Source: a virus (Duplodnaviria; Caudoviricetes). Taken from it: a stretch of 64,000 nucleotides of DNA. The notes below the pieces were generated by a model. That model was not told where the DNA came from. It was given only the letters and a program-made list of their open reading frames with translations, and did no database searches. Positions within the stretch are counted from its first letter, which is position 1. The number at the start of each line of letters is the position of its first letter. This document shows positions 41,654 to 49,361 of this stretch, in pieces. The stretch spans positions 5,679-69,678 of the IMG/VR virus record IMGVR_UViG_2061766007_000941; one strand, written 5' to 3'. The position numbers were made by a program, and so were the translations under genes.

Positions 41654-42057
41654 TCATAACCAAGGATCTCCAATAATTATATTATCATATTTTATTCCTT
41701 TTAGTAACTGTCTAAGTATTGGCATATATTTTACAGGGAATTTATCCTTAATCCTGACAGTCTTTCCTTCTAAATAGATATGATATTCTTTTACTTTGAC
41801 TTCTGTCATTAAATCTTCATTGTATTCATATTCATCGAACACGCCTTTTAATATTTCCATAACTTTTAAAATCTTTATAGAATACACAATGAGGGAGTGG
41901 GTCACCAGGAATCCACTCGATAATTGTAGCATCACTATATTCCTCTCTATCCACTTGATCAATCATAAAGTGAAATTGATTTTTATCTGTGAAACTTGCA
42001 AGCTTTACATCCTTACAGGTTTCTCTATTTCTAGCCCATAGTTCATACATGTTGTTC
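41654..42057 (-). CDS. Two short hypothetical genes (41654-41962 region and 41832-42057)
   Basis: ORFs between transglycosylase and GroEL; true starts uncertain. Confidence 0.4.
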
Positions 42058-42060
42058 CCC

Positions 42061-42579
42061 CTAATACCAGTGTTTATTTTTGAAATGGTTCCATCCATTA
42101 CAAGGATCACCACCGTATCTTCCAGCAATATAATTAACTCCCCATCTTATTTGAGCTTGCCAATCATTACTGCCTTGTTGTTTTTTAATCTTACTACATG
42201 GATGTGCCTGAGGAATTCCACATGCACCAGATGATTTATTCACACTGTTTGGATTCCATCCAGATTCATGTGACCATAGATAATCCAGACATTGCATCTG
42301 TGTATCATTATATCCTCCAACAGATTTAGCATATGCCATGTACTCACTTTTACTACCAGTAGCTCCCTTTCGTGTAGCCTGTGTAGTTTTCTTTGTAGTC
42401 TTTTTCTTTGTTGTAGTAGTTGTAGTAGTCGGCACCGTCTGGGACGGCACTGGCTCTGGTTCTTCTACAACTATAGTTTCTTCTGTATGAGCCTCAGTTG
42501 GCTCAGGTAATTTTGTTATTAATTCTATTGATCCAATAATGATCAGTGTTACTGCTGTAACAGTTAGTAAATTTTTCAT
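42061..42579 (-). CDS. Membrane-anchored lytic transglycosylase (SLT/Apf-like)
   Basis: N-terminal TM, Thr/Lys linker, catalytic HESGWN, SSGACGIPQA, QIRWGxxYIxxRYG. Confidence 0.85.
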   Translation of the reverse strand: MKNLLTVTAVTLIIIGSIELITKLPEPTEAHTEETIVVEEPEPVPSQTVPTTTTTTTKKKTTKKTTQATRKGATGSKSEYMAYAKSVGGYNDTQMQCLDYLWSHESGWNPNSVNKSSGACGIPQAHPCSKIKKQQGSNDWQAQIRWGVNYIAGRYGGDPCNGWNHFKNKHWY

Positions 42580-42637
42580 TTATATTCCTCCTTTTAATTC
42601 AACCAAAGTCCCCTTAAAATTTAGTCTATAAACATCA

Positions 42638-43014
42638 CTACTCCTTATTTAAACTTTTCATAGATTCTTTATATAATCTTTCTAGTTGTGGAGTCCACAA
42701 TGAAATTTTATCTACATAATCTTCATCTTCAAAGTTACTATTACCTATTTCATATAGAAAGGCATGAGTAATTTCATGTCTAAAGATATGAGATATTTGT
42801 GCAAAGCTATAGTTAGGATCTATATTCACATGTATTTCTTTTGTATTGTAATCTGTGAATCCATCCACTATAGGTTTCTTCTCATTCATTGTTTCCTCTA
42901 ATTTATAATAAGAATCTAGTTTCCTAGATACATCATTTATTTCTTTTATGTCCTTATGTACAATGATTTTATATGTAATACCTTGAATCATTATACTTGG
43001 TTCTGTCTTTTTCA
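42638..43014 (-). CDS. HExxH metallopeptidase-like protein
   Basis: FRHEITHAFLYE; likely start MKKTEP near 43014. Confidence 0.55.
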
Positions 43015-43257
43015 TTATTCTCCTCTTTCTCCTCGGAACTCTAACTTCAATAAGTCTTCTGTCCATATCTTACTAACATATAGGTTGTATGCTTTACCAT
43101 GATATTTAAATTTACATTCAACATCACACATATCATACCCACAAATATTACCCATTCTAATTACTTTAGTTACTTTCAAACTACTTATACATTTTTTTAA
43201 ATCTTCTAAAGTCCCCCTGAAGTCATAGTGACCACTAGCTAAAATCTTCTGAATCAT
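43015..43257 (-). CDS. Hypothetical protein
   Basis: 80-aa ORF tiling between neighbours. Confidence 0.5.
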   Translation of the reverse strand: MIQKILASGHYDFRGTLEDLKKCISSLKVTKVIRMGNICGYDMCDVECKFKYHGKAYNLYVSKIWTEDLLKLEFRGERGE

Positions 43258-43510
43258 AAGCTAGTACATCTGCCATGTCTACAATTAAGTAGTTAGTACC
43301 CTTGTAACTTAAAGGTAATGCAGCATACAATGGGAAGTATACTACATCGTTTTCACTTATGTCATATAGTTCATAATTTTTAACAATTACTTTACCTTTT
43401 ATGACATCTTTGCGTGACTGAGTTTCATTAGTAATGCTAAGTCCATTACCTAGCTCAGTTTGTGTGTCCATTTGTTGGACTAAGATCTTGTTCTTATTTA
43501 CTTTGATCAT
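43235..43510 (-). CDS. groES: Co-chaperonin GroES
   Basis: 91 aa; NKILVQ, mobile-loop-like TELGNGLSIT, KGKVI, NDVVYF, YLIVDMADVLA. Confidence 0.8.
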   Translation of the reverse strand: MIKVNKNKILVQQMDTQTELGNGLSITNETQSRKDVIKGKVIVKNYELYDISENDVVYFPLYAALPLSYKGTNYLIVDMADVLAYDSEDFS

Positions 43511-43531
43511 TTATTCTTACCTCCTATATTA

Positions 43532-43560
43532 AGTATAACATTGTCCACTATAAAATACAA
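43532..43560 (-). promoter_or_regulatory. SigmaA promoter for groES operon with embedded palindrome half-site
   Basis: TTGTAT-17-TATACT (TGt extended); TGTCCACTATA at 43542-43552. Confidence 0.7.
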
Positions 43561-43561
43561 T

Positions 43562-43625
43562 AAAAAAGGACCAATTTCTTGGCCCATTTATAGAAAGGAG
43601 GCGAATAGCATTAAACAGTTCACCT
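43562..43625 (-). ncRNA. Putative ~64-nt sRNA with anti-Shine-Dalgarno sequence (sRNA-2)
   Basis: TTGACA(43661-43656)-18-TATAAT(43637-43632); terminator GGGCCAA-GAAA-TTGGTCC-T6 (43562-43585); no ORF; carries CCUCCUUUCU. Confidence 0.65.
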
Positions 43626-43657
43626 ATATTTATTATACTATTCAGTTAATTAATGTG

Positions 43658-45034
43658 TCAACCTTTATAGTTATCTCTCTTTTTTTGGTTTCCTTCTGAG
43701 TCTGTCCAGTATTCATTCTTATTATAAACTAATCTAGGACTTCCTTCTTTATCTATAATGTAGAAGTTACCATTGTATTTGTACATATCAGTGCCTTCAG
43801 ATACAGGATGTCTTGTAACTTTACCTTTATCATCCTTTGTTTCATAGAAATCTCCTGAAGTAGAAGTTCTCTTTTCACCTTTCTCTGTAATAGTTGTTCC
43901 AGATATCCAGTTTTGTTGTGCTATTGTAGCATCTAATTGTTTCTCTGCAACTCTTACACTAGCCCATGCAGCTCCCGCAGCACTTCTAGCTATCTTATTA
44001 GCTTGATCTTGAAGCTCTTCATTAACTTTGTTGTTACGAACAGTTTCATCATAAGTTAATTTACTTAGAGTTTCAATACCATAGTATCTAGTTACTGTAT
44101 TTCCGTTCTCATCTTTGACATCCCAATGTTCAAATCCTTTTGAGTCATAGTATGCTTGAGCAGCAGCATTAACTCCACGAGCTCTAGCCTTTTCAGCATC
44201 TGTTGAATATGGGTTATCAAGAATATCCTTAGCAATCTTTTGTTGCTTCATCATTTCACTAGCTTCAGGTGGTACATAGCATCCAGTTTCATTAGCTTCC
44301 TTAACAGCTAGGTCAACTGCATCCTGGTAGTATTGTAATGCTAAAGCTTTTTGATCAGCTTCTGCATACATCCTAGCTATACCAAGCTTAGTATCAACAC
44401 CATACTTTTGCATCTCAGCTTGAGTATACATGTTGGCAGCTGTTTCTGCTTGTAAGAATTCTACTTGTAAATCACTGGCTGTCTTTTGTCCACCTTCCCA
44501 ACCCATCTTATCTTGGGTTTGTCTGGCACTATATTCACTAGCAAAGTAATTATTGAATGCACTGCTTGCAGCTTTATCAACTTCTTGCTTAGCTTGAATA
44601 GATTCATATCTAGCTTGGCTAGCTTCTTGATCATATTTAGTTTGTGCCATTTCGGCAGCTATCTTATTCCAAGTATAGTCTTCATTTTCAGTAGCTTTAT
44701 ATTGGTCACCCATACCATACTCAGATTCAAAGGCACCTTTTAATTCTGCATTATTACTAAGAGTTGTACTAGTTTTAATAGTAGTATCATAATCTTTTTG
44801 TGCAGAACTATTATAATTAAATGTTTGTTTAGCATCTGCTTGTGACATTGCATTACTTGCGATCTCACTTGCATGATCCTTTTCTCCTATAGGTTGAGTA
44901 GGTTTGCTTGCATTAGCATACATACTCTTATCAGGAGAAGTAACTTGATTTAATACTTCAGGTGCTGGTTCAACATCTGGTTGGTTTGGTCCATCAGCTA
45001 TTGGTTGATTATTTAGTACATCTGAATCTTCCAT
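43658..45034 (-). CDS. Putative internal virion (ejection) protein A
   Basis: Ala/Gln-rich helical 458 aa; shares a segment with the neighbouring gene. Confidence 0.45.
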   Translation of the reverse strand: MEDSDVLNNQPIADGPNQPDVEPAPEVLNQVTSPDKSMYANASKPTQPIGEKDHASEIASNAMSQADAKQTFNYNSSAQKDYDTTIKTSTTLSNNAELKGAFESEYGMGDQYKATENEDYTWNKIAAEMAQTKYDQEASQARYESIQAKQEVDKAASSAFNNYFASEYSARQTQDKMGWEGGQKTASDLQVEFLQAETAANMYTQAEMQKYGVDTKLGIARMYAEADQKALALQYYQDAVDLAVKEANETGCYVPPEASEMMKQQKIAKDILDNPYSTDAEKARARGVNAAAQAYYDSKGFEHWDVKDENGNTVTRYYGIETLSKLTYDETVRNNKVNEELQDQANKIARSAAGAAWASVRVAEKQLDATIAQQNWISGTTITEKGEKRTSTSGDFYETKDDKGKVTRHPVSEGTDMYKYNGNFYIIDKEGSPRLVYNKNEYWTDSEGNQKKRDNYKG

Positions 45035-47505
45035 TATTTGTTACCTCCCATCATATCATTTATTGTAGCTTTTTCTTTTCTCCAATCATTAAAGGGTAAT
45101 ATTTCAGCCTTAGGAATTCCATCTTTTTCCATACGGCTAACATATTCTTGATATTCTACTTGTTCAGAATCAGCAGTGTTTTGAGTTTCATCAGGAACAT
45201 TTCTAGGACCACTGGCAGAAGACCCTCCCCCGGAAGATGTACTAGATTGTTTGTCATCATCCTTATGTTCTTCTCTATATTTTTGTGTCGCTTCTGATTC
45301 CATGGTATCTTGGTTTTTACCTGATGTAGTTTCAATATATCCAGCTTGATAATGTTTTGCATCTGTAGATAGATGTGATAAATTTTGTTTTGTCATCTCT
45401 TCAGCTTTAGTTTGAGATATTATTTTAAATGAGTAGCCATCTCTTGTTGTTTCTTTTTCCATATATACTATGCTTCCATCTGGATTAGTATATGCATATA
45501 CATTATTGGATAGATTCTTTGCTTTATCTAATACACTATCTACATGAACAACTGTGCTATGACTATCTCCATTTAAATCTTTTTCTTTTACTATAGATCC
45601 CCATCCAGTTTCTGTCATTCGTTTATTACCATTACCTTTATCATAGTAAGATACAATTACATCTCCTTCTGAACCTTTTACAGTAATAAATCTAGTAGCA
45701 GATTTGTCTGTTAATTCTTGGAACTTTCCATCATTTTCAACTTCATAATACTTACCATCTGCATCTTGCATTATGATACTTGTATTTAATTTCTTTGTAC
45801 TCATACCACCATTAACAACTTTATATCCTTGTTGTTCTTTTTCTGCAATGGTTTTAGTTTGTTTAGCACTTATATTATAATAAGTACCTCTTGAGTATGC
45901 TCCAGCAAAATCAGATCTATTAAATTTATTTCCAACATTTATTCCTTCACCATTATATTCTAATTTTTTAGAAGTGAAGTTGGATACAACTTTTTCTATT
46001 GTATTATGACCATCAATGCTGGTATATTTACTAGTTATTTGATGGAATACACCATTATCATCTTTCCAATAGCATCTAGTAACAGGTTTTCCATCATCTG
46101 TACTGTGGAATGTATAAACTTTTTTACCATTTGAGTTATCTCCAGATTCACTTATTGTCCAAGTTTCAGCATTTAAATAAGATTCATCTAGGATGTTACC
46201 ATTATTTTTATAGGATTCTTTTAATCCAGTATCTCCTAGATCTGCTTGATATCTATTATAGAATTCAACAGGATCTTTATCATTCTTTTTAAGAACATCA
46301 TCTAACCAAGTCTTACCCTTAGCTGTTAGAACAGCTGAGTAATAATCATTTGAATTAGTTAATAATTCTGTAAGTGGATTAGATGTTTTAGTAACTTCCC
46401 TAGTGAATTCCATTTTATCTTCATCAAATTTCCAGCCATCTTCTTCCATACCTTTAATATAATCTTCCAATTGTGTTGGAGTAAAGTCATGGTTACCAAA
46501 TGGTTGAACTTCTGTTTCAGTCCATGTTTTACCTTCAAATCCTTGAAGACCTTGATAGTCAGGATAATCACTAAGTTTATGTCCAAGAACATTATCATTA
46601 TCAAGTCCAATTTCTTTTGTAATGTTGTGACCTGATTGCATTTCATATTCTTCTAATTGGAATTTAAGTTGTCTTAATTGTAACTTAGCACCAGCAGCAC
46701 TGGCTCCTGCTTGACTTGCAGCTATTTGGTTAGCTTGTTTTTGTAACTCACCCATGATTTTATTATGTCTAACATTCTCTTCATAGTTCATCATGTTTAA
46801 ACATTTCATACCACGAGTAGAAATTTTATTAGCAGCAAACCATTGCTCAGCTACACCAGAAATTCTATTAGCTTTAGCTTTAGATGCATCATCTGCATTA
46901 GGATCATTCAATACTGTTTGTGCAGCTTCATAATTAGCTAACATGTATTGTCCTTCTGCTGGCATATACCAACCGGTTAGTTGGGCTTCAGCTATAGCTT
47001 TTTCTTGAGCAGCTCTATAATAACCATAGGCTGTTTCTTTTTCTTTTTGTGCAGCATATGCACGAGCTGTAGCTAGAGTTGAATCATAATAATACTTTTG
47101 TAGATCCATCTCATCATACATCTCTTCATTGATAATAGTATTTAAGAAACTCATTTGAGTATCTTTATCATTAATTCCACCAGCTACCCAATATGATCCA
47201 GCTTCTTCACGATCATAATCATAATCCTTAGTAAGAAATCTGTTCATAGCACTACCTGATGTAGCAATAACATTCTCATCATGTGATATATGCATAGCAT
47301 CTTGCACAAGATTTTGTGTTACATCTTTTGTAGGATCATATGTGATATCATTCTGTGGTAAATTATCATATGTAGTGTTAGCATCCATAGGAGTTACTTG
47401 TTCTACAACAGTAGGTTGCTCCACTACAGTAGTATCTTGAGTAACCTCTGGTTGGATATTGGAAGTATCTTGTTCAATTATTGTTGCATCTTCCATACTA
47501 TACAC
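45034..47505 (-). CDS. Putative internal virion (ejection) protein B
   Basis: 823 aa, Ala/Gln-rich helical N-terminal half paralogous to the neighbour. Confidence 0.45.
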   Translation of the reverse strand: MYSMEDATIIEQDTSNIQPEVTQDTTVVEQPTVVEQVTPMDANTTYDNLPQNDITYDPTKDVTQNLVQDAMHISHDENVIATSGSAMNRFLTKDYDYDREEAGSYWVAGGINDKDTQMSFLNTIINEEMYDEMDLQKYYYDSTLATARAYAAQKEKETAYGYYRAAQEKAIAEAQLTGWYMPAEGQYMLANYEAAQTVLNDPNADDASKAKANRISGVAEQWFAANKISTRGMKCLNMMNYEENVRHNKIMGELQKQANQIAASQAGASAAGAKLQLRQLKFQLEEYEMQSGHNITKEIGLDNDNVLGHKLSDYPDYQGLQGFEGKTWTETEVQPFGNHDFTPTQLEDYIKGMEEDGWKFDEDKMEFTREVTKTSNPLTELLTNSNDYYSAVLTAKGKTWLDDVLKKNDKDPVEFYNRYQADLGDTGLKESYKNNGNILDESYLNAETWTISESGDNSNGKKVYTFHSTDDGKPVTRCYWKDDNGVFHQITSKYTSIDGHNTIEKVVSNFTSKKLEYNGEGINVGNKFNRSDFAGAYSRGTYYNISAKQTKTIAEKEQQGYKVVNGGMSTKKLNTSIIMQDADGKYYEVENDGKFQELTDKSATRFITVKGSEGDVIVSYYDKGNGNKRMTETGWGSIVKEKDLNGDSHSTVVHVDSVLDKAKNLSNNVYAYTNPDGSIVYMEKETTRDGYSFKIISQTKAEEMTKQNLSHLSTDAKHYQAGYIETTSGKNQDTMESEATQKYREEHKDDDKQSSTSSGGGSSASGPRNVPDETQNTADSEQVEYQEYVSRMEKDGIPKAEILPFNDWRKEKATINDMMGGNK

Positions 47506-48163
47506 CTCCTAATGATAAATCAGTTCCTCCCATTGCAGCATCATCCATAGCTCCTACATTATTTGCAGGTGCTCCTTGTGCTTGTGGAGGTAATGGTTCA
47601 CCAGTTTCACCAGGAATAACATCTCCACCTTCTGGTTGTTTACTTGGACCAGCTTGTCTTGTACCTGGTTGAGTTAACTTACGAATAGTTTCTTGTTCTC
47701 TTGGATCAAGCTTACTAATCTCTCCTTGCCAATCAACCTTAGGTATTGGTTCATTAGTGAAGTCACCAGTTGTTAAATCAAAACCTTCTCCAATAGCTTC
47801 TTTAACAGTCATCCAACCTCTAGGTGTTTCAACTTCTATAGATGTAGGATCTTTCATAGCTTTTTCAAGAAGTTCTTTCTTGTATTTTTCACTGATAGCT
47901 CCTTCACCTTTCTCTAGAATATTTAATAACTCTTCAGCATCTGGTTTAAGTTTTTCTTTTTCTTCATCAGATGTATTAGAGATCTCTAGAGTAGGATCAG
48001 CTTCACTAGAAGAAGGTGAATACATCATTTCTTCTAAAACTTTATTAGCTTTTTCTTCATCTTTAGCCTCATCTTTAGGCTTTTTAATTTCTTTTCCGGC
48101 ATTTTCTGCAGGTAAACCGGACTTTGGTCCAGTCATAAGTGGACTCATCTCTTCGTTTGGCAT
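47498..48163 (-). CDS. Hypothetical acidic, Pro/Gly-rich protein
   Basis: 221 aa with AGGAGG RBS. Confidence 0.6.
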   Translation of the reverse strand: MPNEEMSPLMTGPKSGLPAENAGKEIKKPKDEAKDEEKANKVLEEMMYSPSSSEADPTLEISNTSDEEKEKLKPDAEELLNILEKGEGAISEKYKKELLEKAMKDPTSIEVETPRGWMTVKEAIGEGFDLTTGDFTNEPIPKVDWQGEISKLDPREQETIRKLTQPGTRQAGPSKQPEGGDVIPGETGEPLPPQAQGAPANNVGAMDDAAMGGTDLSLGGV

Positions 48164-48390
48164 AATAAATATTCCTCCTTTATTATATTATTATCTTTGT
48201 CAATGATACCATGACTTCTCGCTACATTAGCCATGATAACATGACTCTTTTTATTTGGATCAAAGTCACCTCTAGATATTAGTCTAGTAATATAAACAAG
48301 ATTACGATCCAAGTCATTAGCCTTATTAACAGTTCTTTTTTTCTTATGATAGGTAGGTTTCTTGACCTTAAATCTAAGCACATCCTTCAT
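48145..48390 (-). CDS. Small basic protein (likely start MKDVLRF)
   Basis: AGGTGA RBS, promoter immediately upstream. Confidence 0.55.
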   Translation of the reverse strand: MKDVLRFKVKKPTYHKKKRTVNKANDLDRNLVYITRLISRGDFDPNKKSHVIMANVARSHGIIDKDNNIIKEEYLLCQTKR

Positions 48391-48406
48391 AGTATCACCT
48401 ATGTAA

Positions 48407-48447
48407 ATTATACCATAGTAGATAAATCTCTTCAATAATGGTATAAT
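48407..48447. promoter_or_regulatory. Overlapping divergent sigmaA promoters
   Basis: Minus: TTGAAG(48435-48430)-17-TATAAT(48412-48407). Plus: TAGATA-17-TATAAT(48442-48447). Both have TGg extension and form a 10-bp inverted repeat. Confidence 0.7.
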
Positions 48448-48458
48448 GTAGGCAGGAG

Positions 48459-49106
48459 ATGATGAGTATGCAAAGAACATTTGCACCAGACATCATCACA
48501 ACTAAAGAGAACCTATTAACTGCACTTCGTAATGGAGATATTAAGACATCTAAATATAATCTATTGAACGAAGAGGAAAAGTTATTCGTTGAATTAGTTG
48601 TGTTTGGTGATTATAATGCTGAACAAGCAATGATGTCTATAAGAGGTAATGATTATCATAAAGGTATGGGTAACAGAATCTGTGCTAGACCTAATGTAGC
48701 AGATGCCTTAGAAGAATTATCTTATAAAAAGAATAAGAAATTTATGGCTGAGGTTACATCATCTAGAGATGCAGCACTTCGTAAGCTTATGTATATAATG
48801 AATACTACAGAGGATGAAAGTGTAGCTGCTGCCTGTGCCAAAACTATATTAGATAAAGCTGATAAGATCACTACAGAGAAAGAAGCTGCTGATGCAGTTA
48901 ATGCTATTCAATTTAATATTAATCTAGCTCCTCAACCTGTTGATGTTAATAATCCTAAGGTTGATCTTGATGCTCCAATCATTTATGATGTGCAAGATTA
49001 TGATGAAAAGGTTTCTACAATGCTCCCTAAGAAGGAGGAACCTAATGCATCTGGTTTAGATTTTAAATTAAACTATTCTGCTGTTGATAATTACTCAGAC
49101 AATTAG
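48459..49106 (+). CDS. Terminase small subunit-like protein
   Basis: LNEEEKLFVELVVFGDYNAEQAM...GNRICARPNVADALEEL resembles the TerS HTH (LTxKQxxFVxEY...NAxQA...GxRLLxxPxV). Confidence 0.65.
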   Translation: MMSMQRTFAPDIITTKENLLTALRNGDIKTSKYNLLNEEEKLFVELVVFGDYNAEQAMMSIRGNDYHKGMGNRICARPNVADALEELSYKKNKKFMAEVTSSRDAALRKLMYIMNTTEDESVAAACAKTILDKADKITTEKEAADAVNAIQFNINLAPQPVDVNNPKVDLDAPIIYDVQDYDEKVSTMLPKKEEPNASGLDFKLNYSAVDNYSDN

Positions 49107-49112
49107 TATAAT
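49084..49112 (+). promoter_or_regulatory. SigmaA promoter for sRNA-3
   Basis: TTGATA-17-TATAAT overlapping the TerS stop. Confidence 0.7.
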
Positions 49113-49118
49113 ATTTTT

Positions 49119-49216
49119 GAGAGAATGCTCTCTCACCCCAAATCTATGAACTCGGTAATAAAATAATGAAAGAAGGTGAATACCTCTCCCTTCCTATATT
49201 ACCCGGGTTCTTTTTT
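49119..49216 (+). ncRNA. Putative ~98-nt sRNA (sRNA-3)
   Basis: 5' hairpin TGAGAGA-atgc-TCTCTCA; long stem GAACTCGGTAATA/TATTACCCGGGTTC followed by T6; no RBS-linked ORF. Confidence 0.55.
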
Positions 49217-49224
49217 ATTGCACG

Positions 49225-49337
49225 AAAAAAGGAACCGTTCGGCTCCCTTTCGTGTCGATCCTTACGGATTTGTTGAAGATTAACATGATCACAACAACGA
49301 CAAGACCTTTAACTTAGAGAGGCAGGTTTCCCTACCT
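49225..49337 (-). ncRNA. Putative ~112-nt structured sRNA (sRNA-1)
   Basis: Perfect TTGACA(49372-49367)-17-TATAAT(49349-49344); GGTAGG-GAAA-CCTGCC, TTGTTG-16nt-CAACAA and ATCC-GTAA-GGAT hairpins; terminator GGAGCC-GAAC-GGTTCC-T6. Confidence 0.75.
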
Positions 49338-49361
49338 ATAACCATTATAAGGTATGTACAA

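Noticed and set aside
43610-43699. Hydrophobic 29-codon plus-strand frame after AGAAAGGAGG, as a type I toxin
   Set aside because: Needs an ATT start, overlaps the end of a minus-strand gene, and has no plus-strand promoter.
49161-49311. Mini-ORFs in the sRNA region (MKEGEYL..., MITTTTRPLT)
   Set aside because: No RBS; they cross terminators.
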